NCBI GenBank assembly: GCA_017656145.1
Contig: JACDOI010000007.1
Location: 11,047 to 75,046, forward strand
Source of the DNA: Bacillota bacterium
Lineage (GTDB): Bacteria > Bacillota > Limnochordia > Limnochordales > ZCTH02-B6
Reading direction: 5' to 3'
DNA: 64,000 bases
The first letter of the stretch is position 1. The number at the start of each line of letters is the position of its first letter. Below, piece after piece: positions 1 to 9,786 of the stretch. Position numbers and translations under genes: made by a program. The notes under the pieces are model-generated. The model was not told where the DNA came from. It was given only the letters and a program-made list of their open reading frames with translations, and searched no databases.

Positions 1-1
1 A

Positions 2-646
2 CAAAACCTCGGCACGCTGCTTGGGAAGCTATTGCGCATCGACGTAGACCGAGGCGTTCCGTACGGGATTCCGCCGGACAACCCGTTTGCCGGCCGGCCC
101 GGCGCCCGCGGGGAGATCTGGGCGTATGGGCTGCGCAATCCGTGGAAGTTTTCGTTCGATCGAGCCACGGGCGATCTGTACATCGCCGACGTCGGCCAGA
201 ACTTGTGGGAAGAGATCAACTTCGAACCGGCTGCCCATTCCGGCGGCCGCAACTACGGATGGAATCGGATGGAAGGTGCCCACTGCTACCCTGGGGGAAG
301 CCGCTGCGACACCCGGGGCCTGGTGATGCCTGTGGCAGAATATAGGCACCGGCCCGATATGGGCTGTTCCATCACCGGCGGCTACGTCTACCGGGGCCGG
401 GCCATACCGAAACTGTACGGCTACTACGTGTTCAGCGACTATTGCAGCGGCCGCATTTGGGCCATGTCCACGGCTCCCGCCGCGGCTTACGGGCAAGGCG
501 GCGCGCCCGGCGGCATGTGGCCATACGAGGACCTCGCCCGCACCTCGTTCCGCATCACCGCCTTCGGCGAAGACTTGGCCGGTGAGCTGTACGTGGCCGA
601 TCACTCCGGGCGGGTCTTTCGGCTTTTGCCGACGGCCCAGCGATGA
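2..646 (+). CDS. PQQ-dependent sugar dehydrogenase (soluble glucose/sorbosone dehydrogenase family), 5' end outside window
   Basis: Frame is open from base 2 (QNLGTLLGKLLRIDVD...). GLRNPWKFSFD, DLYIADVGQNLWEEIN and GRNYGWNRMEG are beta-propeller sugar dehydrogenase signatures. Confidence 0.7.
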   Translation, partial: QNLGTLLGKLLRIDVDRGVPYGIPPDNPFAGRPGARGEIWAYGLRNPWKFSFDRATGDLYIADVGQNLWEEINFEPAAHSGGRNYGWNRMEGAHCYPGGSRCDTRGLVMPVAEYRHRPDMGCSITGGYVYRGRAIPKLYGYYVFSDYCSGRIWAMSTAPAAAYGQGGAPGGMWPYEDLARTSFRITAFGEDLAGELYVADHSGRVFRLLPTAQR

Positions 647-693
647 GCCCGAAGCGGTCCGATCAACCCTTCGCTGGCCCGCCGCTCCGCCGT

Positions 694-1983
694 CTAAAAG
701 CTCGCCGAGATCTCGATGGTCAACATGTTGGCCATCGCCTCGGCCTGTTTGAACTCGGCACCGGCGCCCGCGAACACCTGCGACAGCCCGATCGCCAGCG
801 ACATCACCTGATTGATGTCGTAGGTGTAGCGGCCGACAGCGATCACACCGCCGTCGCCCAGGTTGACCAAGGCGAAGCCCTCAAGCTCATGGCCCGGGCG
901 CGGCGAGTAGCGGGCCGTGCCGGCGAAGTACGTTTGCGGAGCCACGTCTTGAAACGGCGGTTTGTAGGGACTGAGCAGCGAGCCGCCTCCATAGTACATC
1001 ACCTGGCCCGAAACCGTGACGCCGCTGGAAAACGTATAGTCGGCCCCGACTACGGCCTCCACATACGCCTCGTTCGACGCTAGGGCGCCGGGATTGTCCA
1101 AAGCGGCCGCCCGATCCGGAACGGTGTAGGAGATTTCGGTCCACACCCCCGCGCCCGCGAGGGTGCCTGCCGTCGCCACGCCGAACTTCTGCACCTTGCG
1201 GTACGCCGCGACGACCTTGTTCGGCACCGGCCCCACCGGACTCGATTCGTACTCCAACCAGGCCGCCGGATAGTCGTCCCACCCGCGAAAGTACGTCACG
1301 TACACATTGTGACCGGCCACAAGCTTCTCGCCCCGGAGGGCGAATTCGAGCTGTGAGCCGTCCGCGGGGACCGGGCTGGGCTCCACCACCGGCAGCGGCC
1401 CGGTTCCCATCGCGGCGCCGACCTCGGATGCCGCCGCGCCCAACATCTCGTGAGCGTCGGATGCCGGGACGTACTTGGCGATCCCCACCGCCGTGACGCT
1501 CGCACCCGATGGAAGGTAATAGGCCCATTGAACCGCGGGTACCGGCGTTCCTGACAGGGCGTCGACCGAAAGAGAGTAGAGCGCCTCAGACAACGGGCGC
1601 GGGGGATTGATCACATTGGTCGGGTTGAATCCGTCCGCGGTTCCCCAGTTGATCACCTGCCGACCAATGCGCAAGTCCGCGGCGTCAAGATAGAGGTCGA
1701 CGTACGCTTCATCGAGCTCCAGCTCCGACGGCAGTCCTTCGGGCCGGTACGTGACGTTGCCGTCCCAGCCGACGTGAATCTTCCCGTCGAATCCCAGCTC
1801 CCGCTCGACATCGATCTCATACGCGAGGCGGTTTCGGGTCACGTCCTCTTCAGTGAACCCGTAGCCCAACTGATACTCGATGGTCCCCCGGATCACCGTC
1901 TCCTGGGCCCCGGCGGCGGGCGACACGCTCAAGACCGAAACGGCAAGCACCATCCCAGAGACAAGGCTAGCACCCGGTCGCAC
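694..1983 (-). CDS. Exported beta-strand-rich protein of unknown function (possible outer-membrane beta-barrel)
   Basis: 429-aa ORF with signal-like N-terminus MRPGASLVSGMVLAVSVLSVSPAAGAQE. C-terminus ...MLTIEISASF ends in Phe like an OMP beta-signal. Lies downstream of the LolA-like and MMPL genes on the same strand. Confidence 0.5.
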   Translation of the reverse strand: MRPGASLVSGMVLAVSVLSVSPAAGAQETVIRGTIEYQLGYGFTEEDVTRNRLAYEIDVERELGFDGKIHVGWDGNVTYRPEGLPSELELDEAYVDLYLDAADLRIGRQVINWGTADGFNPTNVINPPRPLSEALYSLSVDALSGTPVPAVQWAYYLPSGASVTAVGIAKYVPASDAHEMLGAAASEVGAAMGTGPLPVVEPSPVPADGSQLEFALRGEKLVAGHNVYVTYFRGWDDYPAAWLEYESSPVGPVPNKVVAAYRKVQKFGVATAGTLAGAGVWTEISYTVPDRAAALDNPGALASNEAYVEAVVGADYTFSSGVTVSGQVMYYGGGSLLSPYKPPFQDVAPQTYFAGTARYSPRPGHELEGFALVNLGDGGVIAVGRYTYDINQVMSLAIGLSQVFAGAGAEFKQAEAMANMLTIEISASF

Positions 1984-2001
1984 CGCGATTCCCCCTCCCG
2001 G

Positions 2002-2799
2002 TCACCGCCGGAGATACCGCAGCGTAAAGTACTCGTCCGGCACTTCCGCGTCGTCCGTCTCCAGTACCCGGACGATGGTCCGGGTCCCACTGTTTTCACT
2101 GCTCATCGTGATGAGATGCGACTGCCACTCGCCCTTGGCGTTCTGCCGCAAGTCCTCGTTGACCAGCACTTTGTCGAGCGTCCCCCGCTTATTGTAAAAC
2201 TCGACCCGGAGCGGGACGAAGTGGTCTTTCCAGACCCACATCTTCACAAAACCGTACTTGCTGTCCGACTCCCGCGGGGTCAGCCGCAGGACGTACGCTT
2301 CTTTATCCTCGTACGCTTCGTCGGCCAGCCGCTCCGCATCGTAGTCCCTGGTGAACGTCCCGGCGCCGCCGATTTCCTCAAAGGTGAAGTCGGTTCCCAT
2401 AAAGTTGTCTTGGGCAGCGCTCCCCGCGATGCGCCGCTCCCGCCCGAGAGCCGGCAAATACAGCCACATCATCGTCTCCCCGTCGTCCCCATCGATGCTC
2501 AAGAACTTCGTGCCCGCCACATCCGCAGGGGTGAGGTACTCCAGCAGCTGGCTGGCGCCGTTTGCCGTCTCTTTCCGATAGAATTTCAGCCGGTTGGATC
2601 GCTCCTGGCCCCGCTGGTTGATGGTGACAAGTTCAATGGTCGCGCTGCCGCTCTCGAGAAATTCCGTCTTCCCTTCCATCCGATCGAGAATCTCGTCCGC
2701 CGAAAGATCCGCGGCCAGCGACCCGGTCGCCCCTGCCGCTGCGAACGCGAAAGCCGCAATGATGACCTTTGCCCGCATCGCCCTCTGGATTTTGCCCAT
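2002..2799 (-). CDS. LolA-like outer-membrane lipoprotein-sorting family protein
   Basis: Start moved to ATG 2799 (GGAG about 8 nt upstream; MGKIQRAMRAKVIIAAFAFAAAGA signal). Motifs YLTPADVAGTKFL, WLYLPALGRERRI and FMGTDFTFEEI match the LolA_like family pattern. Confidence 0.6.
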   Translation of the reverse strand: MGKIQRAMRAKVIIAAFAFAAAGATGSLAADLSADEILDRMEGKTEFLESGSATIELVTINQRGQERSNRLKFYRKETANGASQLLEYLTPADVAGTKFLSIDGDDGETMMWLYLPALGRERRIAGSAAQDNFMGTDFTFEEIGGAGTFTRDYDAERLADEAYEDKEAYVLRLTPRESDSKYGFVKMWVWKDHFVPLRVEFYNKRGTLDKVLVNEDLRQNAKGEWQSHLITMSSENSGTRTIVRVLETDDAEVPDEYFTLRYLRR

Positions 2800-2896
2800 C
2801 TGTACCACTCCTCTCTCAAGGCGCGCTGCGCTCGAGCTCCAACGGTGCCCATCCGGTCCCGTTCTTTCGCCACGCATCGCGGTTTCCGGCCTCAAA

Positions 2897-5206
2897 CTAC
2901 CCCCTCACCGACTCGGTCTCAAGCTGCTTCCGTCGCACCGCCGCCGGCCGGCCGGCGGCAACGAGCAGCGCCGGCAGCAGGCTCAGCGCGGCAGCGGACG
3001 AGACGCCCATCGTCAACGCGATGAGAAACCCGAACGTGCCCAGCGGCGGAAACGTCGAGAAAAGAAGCACAAGAAATCCGGCAGCGACGGCGGCCGCATT
3101 GAGCAGGACAGCCCGGCCCGTGGTCGACAACGTGCCGGCGACGGCCTCCCGCGGCGGTTTCCCCGTCCGGACTCCTTCTTGATAACGGTTGTAGACGTGG
3201 ATGCTGTAGTCGATGCCGACCCCCACCGCGATGCTGGCCACCAGGGCTGTGACGACGTCGAAGGTCATCCCGGCCCATCCCATGACGCCGAAGTTGACGA
3301 GGATGGTGACAAGGATCGGAACTAGACACAAAAGCCCCGTTGTCAACGATCCCACAAGCAACCATAAGAGCACCAGAACCCCGGCCAGCGATAGCGCCAG
3401 GCTGCGCACCTGCCCTCCCGTGATCATTTCCGCCATCCCGTCAACGAGGTACGGCAACCCGGTCACGGTAACGTCGCCGAACGGCCCTAAGCGAGACTCA
3501 GCCAGCGTTTCGATGCGGCTCAAAACCTCTTTGCGCTCCTTAGACGAGGTGGTCGCGACGGGAACTTCGATCTTGGCCATGCGCTGATCCATCGTGAGAA
3601 ACTGCTCAAGCATCGAATCGCCCGACATCGACAAGAGCAACAAGTATTGGGCCACGGCCGCCCGCGTATCCGGAATGACAGCGAAGGACGGATCATCTTC
3701 GTGCAGCGCCTGCCCGACTTCCTTGACCAGGTCCACCACCGATATGGAGCCCGTCAACTGGGGCATCCCGTCGAGTTCCGCCTGCAACGCTTCCATCGCC
3801 CGCAAAACCTCGGGCTCGAGCACCTCGCCTTCGAGCACGATCTGGACGGTGTCCACGCCGCCGAACTTCTCCTGCACCAGGGAATAGGCTTGCCGGGGCT
3901 CGCTTTCGGCGCGAAAGAAGTTGAGATAGTCGGTATCGACCTCCAGCCGGGCAAGCCCCACCGAGGCGGCCAGCACGAGCGCGCCGGCAATGACGAATAC
4001 GGCCCTCGGCCGGTTGTTGACAAACGCGATCAGCCCCTCCAGAACGCTGCTGCGGGCTTCGGCCGTTCCCGGGCCCGGATGCTTTCCCGGTGCGCGCGGC
4101 GCCTTGCGGGTGAGCGTCAATACGGCCGGAATAAACAAGACCGCGACAAGCAGCGCCACACCTACGCCAAAGCCCATGAAGACGCCGAACTCCCGAATCC
4201 GCACGATGCTCGTGAACGCGTTGGAGACAAAGCCGACCACCGTCGTAAGCCCCGACATGACGACCGCCGCGCCTACGGAGCTCACCGTTTGCTCAGCCGC
4301 CAGGCCGCTGTCGCCTAACCGCCGCCACTCCTCCTCATAGCGGCGAAGGACGTGAATGCCGTAAGCGCTGCCGACGCTGGTGAGGACTACAGGTATGGCG
4401 GAGCCCAGCTGGCTCAGCGACACGCCTAGGTATCCCATGAGCCCCAGGGTCCACACGACGCTGATCGTCACGCCGGCAAACGGGAGGACGACGCCCTCCA
4501 CATTCCTAAAGCTGAAGTACAGCACGGCCAAGATGACCACCAGCACCGGCGGCAAAAGGCGGAGGATGTCCCGGCGCATCGATTCGTTGAGCAACTGGGT
4601 GAGGGCCGGATGGCCGGTCAATCGCACGGTCAAGCCTTGGGATTCCCGGGCCGCGACTTCCCGGATGTCCGCGACAACCGCGTCCCGCTGCTCGGGGCTT
4701 GTGCGGGCGACCTGGACCAAGAGCAAGGTGTGCCGTTGATCGTCGGAGACAAACCGCTCGGCGACCCGTTCGTCGCCCAAGACCCGCTCCCGGAATCGCT
4801 CGACGTCCTCCTCGGTCTCCGGAAGGGCTTCCATAATCGGGGCTACCTCGATTCCCCACGGCGTGCCCCGGACGTTCTCGACGTTGGTGATGCTGCGGAC
4901 GCTGGCCACCCCGGGAACGGATTCCAAAGCGCGCGTCAAGCGGTCCAGCGCCCGGATGACGGGGACCGTGAACAGGTCGTCGGTTGAGACGACCGCCAGA
5001 ACATACTCCGAGCTTCCGAACGTATCGCTTACCTGGTTGAATACGGAAAGCCTCGGGTCATCTTCCGGGAAGAAACTCTGGATGTCGGAGCTGACGCGGA
5101 GCTTGAGAGCACCGTAGGCGAAGACGACGGTGATCAAGGCGATCCCTGCGATGATCCATCCGGGATAACGGCGAACGAGGCGCGCCAGCACGTGCATCTC
5201 ATGCAA
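2897..5206 (-). CDS. MMPL/RND-superfamily membrane exporter
   Basis: 769 aa with two 6-TM bundles separated by large loops, the typical MMPL layout. Stop lies 2 nt from the LolA-like ORF. Confidence 0.8.
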   Translation of the reverse strand: MHEMHVLARLVRRYPGWIIAGIALITVVFAYGALKLRVSSDIQSFFPEDDPRLSVFNQVSDTFGSSEYVLAVVSTDDLFTVPVIRALDRLTRALESVPGVASVRSITNVENVRGTPWGIEVAPIMEALPETEEDVERFRERVLGDERVAERFVSDDQRHTLLLVQVARTSPEQRDAVVADIREVAARESQGLTVRLTGHPALTQLLNESMRRDILRLLPPVLVVILAVLYFSFRNVEGVVLPFAGVTISVVWTLGLMGYLGVSLSQLGSAIPVVLTSVGSAYGIHVLRRYEEEWRRLGDSGLAAEQTVSSVGAAVVMSGLTTVVGFVSNAFTSIVRIREFGVFMGFGVGVALLVAVLFIPAVLTLTRKAPRAPGKHPGPGTAEARSSVLEGLIAFVNNRPRAVFVIAGALVLAASVGLARLEVDTDYLNFFRAESEPRQAYSLVQEKFGGVDTVQIVLEGEVLEPEVLRAMEALQAELDGMPQLTGSISVVDLVKEVGQALHEDDPSFAVIPDTRAAVAQYLLLLSMSGDSMLEQFLTMDQRMAKIEVPVATTSSKERKEVLSRIETLAESRLGPFGDVTVTGLPYLVDGMAEMITGGQVRSLALSLAGVLVLLWLLVGSLTTGLLCLVPILVTILVNFGVMGWAGMTFDVVTALVASIAVGVGIDYSIHVYNRYQEGVRTGKPPREAVAGTLSTTGRAVLLNAAAVAAGFLVLLFSTFPPLGTFGFLIALTMGVSSAAALSLLPALLVAAGRPAAVRRKQLETESVRG

Positions 5207-5311
5207 CTCCCTTACCTATGGGGACCGCGGGCCGGCCGACGGTTCCTCCAACCACCCAAAACACCCACAAAACCGTCAAGACCCAAAAACCGGCCAAAAA
5301 ACGGCGAGCCG

Positions 5312-6016
5312 TCAACCTGCCGCGGGCCATTGCTCAGCCAGTCCGTCGTGGAGAAAGCTCACGAGCATCTCCTTTTCCTGATCCGTCAAGTCGATGACGG
5401 ACTGCAAATAGCAGCCCAACAAACCGATCAACTCCTCACCGAGCCCGTCGCCCATGGACTGAATGGCCATCCCTGCCACGATACCGACGAACACCGTGAG
5501 GCGCATTTCCATTCCGGGCGTCTGCTGCACAAGCCGCCGGACAAGGGCCACCGTTCCCTCGTCGAGGGTGCGCAAGTGCACAAGGAAAAGGCCCATGATG
5601 TACGCGCAGAACGTCACCTGCACGTCGATTTTCCGAATCTCGGCCATGATGCGCTGGGTTGCTCGAGCAGGTTTGAGGTCTTTGAGCTGTTGCAGGAATC
5701 GCAACGCCTCGTCCTTAATTGCGTCCAGTTCATCCTGGCTGGGCACGCCGGTTCTCGCCTGGGCGAAAAGGGCCTCGGCCGCTTTCGTCGGCACGAACAC
5801 GATTTGCGACCGGCCTGCTTCGCCGCGATTGACGGTGTAATCCCGGGTGAGGAGCCCTTGCTCTTCGAGCGCCCGGAGCACGTCGTACGCGGTCCACTTG
5901 CTGACCCCCAGGCGATTGGCCAGGGTGGCGTAATGAACCGGCAGTTGGGTCCTGCGGTACAAGTCTACAACGCTTCGCAGGAACTGCTTGCGCCGTTCGG
6001 TCAGGTGGATGGCCAT
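5312..6016 (-). CDS. Winged-helix transcriptional regulator (family unresolved)
   Basis: Start set at ATG 6016 (MAIHLTERRKQFLRSVVDLYRRTQLPVHYATLANRLGVSKWTAYDVLRALEEQGLL = wHTH). The upstream 137 codons of the track ORF overlap the EamA gene and look non-coding. Confidence 0.5.
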   Translation of the reverse strand: MAIHLTERRKQFLRSVVDLYRRTQLPVHYATLANRLGVSKWTAYDVLRALEEQGLLTRDYTVNRGEAGRSQIVFVPTKAAEALFAQARTGVPSQDELDAIKDEALRFLQQLKDLKPARATQRIMAEIRKIDVQVTFCAYIMGLFLVHLRTLDEGTVALVRRLVQQTPGMEMRLTVFVGIVAGMAIQSMGDGLGEELIGLLGCYLQSVIDLTDQEKEMLVSFLHDGLAEQWPAAG

Positions 6017-6108
6017 CGTCCCCCAAAAGACCCAAGAACTACCTGCATTGTATCCGACGGCCCCGCCGGCGTCAACCATCCCGCTCACATCCCGTCCGGG
6101 AAACCGGC

Positions 6109-7050
6109 TTATCCTGCGGCGATGAGCGCGATGCCGAACAGCGCCAGGACCGCGCCCGCGATCTGGGCCGGGCGCATCATCTCGTTCAGGAAGAACCGAG
6201 CCAATACAATGGTAGGTGCCGGCGCCAGCGCCGCGACGACAGCAGCCAGCGACAGCATGCCTGATTGGGAGGCCAGGATGAATGAGACAGTCGCCAAACT
6301 GTGCAACACGCCGGTGACGCCGGCTGCCGCCCATTCCTGCGCGGCCGCGCTCAGCATCGGCCGAGTGGCGGCGAGCCGGGTCCCAAGCAGGATTCCCGAA
6401 GTGGCCGAAGCCGCCAGCACAGGCCACAGCGCCCCTCCGGAACCGGCCAGATCGAAGAGGAGGAAGGACGTGCCGTACAAAACGCCGGCCAGCAAGCCCT
6501 CGATCAGACCCGGGCGCAACAGTCGCCTGTTGGACCGCTTGGAGCGGCCCGAATCCTCCGTTTCCGTTCGCGACGGAGCGTCCATCTGCGGGCCGCGGTG
6601 GAGCGCGGACATCAAAGGTACACTCAACAGCACGGCAATAGCGCCGGCCATCGCCGGGAGGCTAGGCCGCTCCCCCAGCGCGAGACCGATAGAAAACGGC
6701 ACCACGGCGCTCCACACAGCTGCCATAGTTGCGACGACACCGATTTGCCCTGCGGCCATACCTCGCAAGTAGACGCCGAAGGCCACCGCCATGACCGCAC
6801 CTGCCGCGCTGCCCCATCCGATGGCAGCCGGGGACGGTTTTACCCCCCACGCCGTCACGGCGACAGCGAGAGACGCCACCGCCGCCAATTGGGCGAGAAA
6901 CGCCACCGCCAACGGATGGGCCCGCCGGGAAGCGAACCCGGCGAGGAAGTCGCCTGTCCCGTACGCTAGTGCCGTGACGAGAGCGAAAACTACGGCCAAA
7001 TCTCCTCCCTCCGCCGACCAGCGGTTCCTCTGGAGCCCGGGATTCACCAT
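6109..7050 (-). CDS. EamA/DMT-family transporter
   Basis: 313 aa, about 10 predicted TM helices, internally duplicated EamA-like halves. Confidence 0.7.
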   Translation of the reverse strand: MVNPGLQRNRWSAEGGDLAVVFALVTALAYGTGDFLAGFASRRAHPLAVAFLAQLAAVASLAVAVTAWGVKPSPAAIGWGSAAGAVMAVAFGVYLRGMAAGQIGVVATMAAVWSAVVPFSIGLALGERPSLPAMAGAIAVLLSVPLMSALHRGPQMDAPSRTETEDSGRSKRSNRRLLRPGLIEGLLAGVLYGTSFLLFDLAGSGGALWPVLAASATSGILLGTRLAATRPMLSAAAQEWAAAGVTGVLHSLATVSFILASQSGMLSLAAVVAALAPAPTIVLARFFLNEMMRPAQIAGAVLALFGIALIAAG

Positions 7051-7082
7051 GCGGTTGACGTCCGAGGCGTTCTCAGCTTTCT

Positions 7083-8204
7083 TTACATTTCACCCGCACA
7101 CGCCAATCCCTGTTCCTTGATGTCGGCCAGACGTCCCTGGCCGATGCCGGACACCCGGATGAGCTCGTCAACGGACTCGAACGGCCGTTCCTCGATGATT
7201 CTCCGGGCGAGAGCCGGTCCGATGTGAATGATGCGGACGAGCTCTTCTACGCCGGCCGAGTTCACATCGACCTGACCGGGTGCGCACGAACTCCGGGCCG
7301 CCCCCGGCATAACCCGAACCGGCTTGCCCCTCTCCGGCACGACCTCATAGGCCTTGCCGTCGGAGTAAACCCGGATAGTGCCGTTGACGTCCGTCCCGTA
7401 CACGACGGCGCCGGCCCCGGCCACCCGCCGGAGAGCCTCCTCGTGGGGATGCCCGTACGGGTTGTCGCGGCCTGCTGAATAAACCGCCACTTCCGGTCGC
7501 ACCGCCTCAAGAAACGGCGACGACGACGACGTCCGGGAACCGTGATGTCCCAATTGCAGGACGTGGGCCCGCAACGGGTGCCCCCGGGTGAGCATCTCGG
7601 CCTCGGCCTCGGATTCGGCATCGCCGGTGAACAAGAACACCACGTCCCCGTACGCGATCCGCACGCCAATGGAACCGTTGTTGTAATCCCCGGTCACTTC
7701 GGCAGGATGAACGACTTCCAGCCGGGCGGAGCCGATTTGGAACGTTTCGCCGGCCCGGGGCTCGTGGTACGCGGCGTCGCTGGCCAAGATCGCGTCCAGG
7801 CACCGCTCAAACGTGAGGGACGTGTGGACATCGCCGGAATACCACACCTCCCGGACCGGGAAGCGTTGGATGACCGCAGCACACTGGCCGATGTGGTCTG
7901 CATGCGGATGCGTAAGAATAAACAGGTCGATAGCTCGCACTCCCGCTGCTTCCAGATGGGGCACGACGTCCGCCCGGTCGTGTCGCCCCGCGTCGATCAG
8001 GATGGTGAAATCCGGTCCCGAAAGCAGCGTCGCGTCCCCCTGGCCTACGTCGAAAAACTCAACCAGTAGGCCCGGAGCGCGGCTGCCGGCCGCGGCCGGC
8101 ACAACCTGGACCGCAGCCAAAAGGCCGGCCAGGAACAACGCGCACAGAATCGACGGCCAAACGTCCCGGCGTCCCAAATGAAGGTCTCGCCCGCTGAGTG
8201 GCAA
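7083..8204 (-). CDS. MBL-fold hydrolase (ComEC C-terminal-domain-like) fused to a ComEA-type helix-hairpin-helix DNA-binding tail
   Basis: FFDVGQGDATLL, ILIDAG and FILTHPHADHIG are metallo-beta-lactamase motifs. C-terminus VDVNSAGVEELVRIIHIGPALARRIIEERPFESVDELIRVSGIGQGRL is a tandem HhH. Confidence 0.7.
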   Translation of the reverse strand: MPLSGRDLHLGRRDVWPSILCALFLAGLLAAVQVVPAAAGSRAPGLLVEFFDVGQGDATLLSGPDFTILIDAGRHDRADVVPHLEAAGVRAIDLFILTHPHADHIGQCAAVIQRFPVREVWYSGDVHTSLTFERCLDAILASDAAYHEPRAGETFQIGSARLEVVHPAEVTGDYNNGSIGVRIAYGDVVFLFTGDAESEAEAEMLTRGHPLRAHVLQLGHHGSRTSSSSPFLEAVRPEVAVYSAGRDNPYGHPHEEALRRVAGAGAVVYGTDVNGTIRVYSDGKAYEVVPERGKPVRVMPGAARSSCAPGQVDVNSAGVEELVRIIHIGPALARRIIEERPFESVDELIRVSGIGQGRLADIKEQGLACAGEM

Positions 8205-8295
8205 TTCGTCATCCCGTCCTTGCGTTCATCCTTGCGAAAAACTCGTCCAACTTGCAGTACGCGTCGAGGCAGGACATGGCCGCTCGCTTGCAAAA

Positions 8296-8859
8296 TTGTT
8301 CATTATGAGCAGACAGCATGTTAAACGCGGCGATACTTCCGTGAAAGCGCGCCCTCTGACCGTTCTAGGGTTTGCCTACCTCGTGCGCTCGATCATACTG
8401 GCCGCGCTCTGCACCCCTTTGGCGTTTGCCGCGGCTTCTCACCCCGTCCCGCCCGGCATCAACGAGCCCCGGACAGTAGAGGCGGTGATTGACCGCATCG
8501 TCGACGGCGCGCTTGCAGTCTTTCTTGTAGGCGCCGGCGAATACGAGCTGTCGATCCCCCTTGAGCAGATCGAAGTGCGCGAGGCCGCCGGCGGTGATGG
8601 GTCCACCGCCCTCGCGCCCGGCACCTGGGGCCGGTTGGTGTGGAACTTGACGAGCAACGAGCCGGAGACGGGCTCTTTGGCCGTCGTCTTTTTCCCGGAC
8701 GATACAGCGACCCTCTACGCCCGGGCGCAAGCCGAGACCAAGCTCGTCGCGCTGCGGGCGCGCGAGGTGGCTAGCACCGCCGGCGACCCCGTTGCCTCAG
8801 CTGGGCCAGCTTGGACGCGATGCGGCGGGTGGCTGCCCCCGTCGCCTCATGATCAATGA
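8296..8859 (+). CDS. Membrane-anchored DUF3006-like protein
   Basis: TM anchor followed by VEAVIDRIVDGALAVFLVGAGEYELSIPLEQI, which resembles the neighbouring DUF3006 protein. The 3' 89 nt overlap the convergent gene, so the end is uncertain. Confidence 0.4.
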   Translation: MFIMSRQHVKRGDTSVKARPLTVLGFAYLVRSIILAALCTPLAFAAASHPVPPGINEPRTVEAVIDRIVDGALAVFLVGAGEYELSIPLEQIEVREAAGGDGSTALAPGTWGRLVWNLTSNEPETGSLAVVFFPDDTATLYARAQAETKLVALRAREVASTAGDPVASAGPAWTRCGGWLPPSPHDQ

Positions 8860-9079
8860 TGGCTTCCAGGAGCTTTTCTCCGTCCCAGCGGGTCTTGAGC
8901 CACGTTCCGGCCCTGGCGCCGTCCGGCAGCGCCGCGCTCGGCACGACCCGCTCGGTCTCCTCGGAGCCGACCAGGAGCACCGCCCAGCTCCCATCGACGA
9001 GACGGTCGACCACAGCCGGTTCCCAATCGGACACACTGACCCGTCCTTCCCAGCCAAGCGTCCGCGGCCTTTCGCTCAC
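8771..9079 (-). CDS. DUF3006 domain protein
   Basis: 102 aa. VVDRLVDGSWAVLLVGSEETERVVPSAALPDGARAGTWL fits the DUF3006 pattern. Confidence 0.55.
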   Translation of the reverse strand: MSERPRTLGWEGRVSVSDWEPAVVDRLVDGSWAVLLVGSEETERVVPSAALPDGARAGTWLKTRWDGEKLLEAIIDHEATGAATRRIASKLAQLRQRGRRRC

Positions 9080-9786
9080 CCGCCCAAGTACGCCTTGCGA
9101 ACGGCCTCGTTTTTCAGCAGGCGGTCGGCGCTGTCGCTCAACACGATGCGCCCGGTTTCCATGACATATCCCCGGTGAGCGGTGGCCAGAGCCATATGCG
9201 CGTTTTGTTCCACGAGCAAAATCGTCGTCCCGGCCGCGTTGATCTCGCGGATGACCTGAAAGATGTTCTCGACGATGACCGGTGCAAGGCCCATGGAGGG
9301 CTCATCCAAGAGCAACAGCCGCGGCCGGGCCATTAGAGCCCGGCCAATGGCCAGCATCTGCTGCTCGCCCCCGGAAAGCGTCCCGGCCGCCTGTGTCTTG
9401 CGCTCGGCCAGCCGGGGGAATAAGCGAAACACCCGCTCCATATCTTCTCGGACTCCGGCCGGGTCCCGGCGGGCGAACGCCCCCAGCTCCAAGTTTTCCG
9501 CCACCGACATGAGCGGAAACACCCGCCGGCCCTCGGGTACGTGGGCAACGCCGGCCGCGACGATCTGCTCCGGCGGCATGGAAAACAGGTCCCGGCCTTC
9601 GTAAGTGATGCGCCCATGGGTGGGCCGGATCAGGCCCGAAATGGTGCGCAGGAGGGTGGTTTTGCCGGCGCCGTTGGCCCCGATCAGAGTGACAATCTCT
9701 CCCTGGCGAACTTCCAGGGAAACGCCCTTCAACGCCTCGATGGGGCCGTAGTGCGTCACCACGCCGTCAATGACCAGCACGGGCAC
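9076..9786 (-). CDS. livF: Branched-chain amino acid ABC transporter ATP-binding protein
   Basis: GANGAGKTT, LSGGEQQMLAIGRAL and LLLLDEPSMGLAP. GTG 9786 is preferred as start. Confidence 0.85.
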   Translation of the reverse strand: MPVLVIDGVVTHYGPIEALKGVSLEVRQGEIVTLIGANGAGKTTLLRTISGLIRPTHGRITYEGRDLFSMPPEQIVAAGVAHVPEGRRVFPLMSVAENLELGAFARRDPAGVREDMERVFRLFPRLAERKTQAAGTLSGGEQQMLAIGRALMARPRLLLLDEPSMGLAPVIVENIFQVIREINAAGTTILLVEQNAHMALATAHRGYVMETGRIVLSDSADRLLKNEAVRKAYLGG

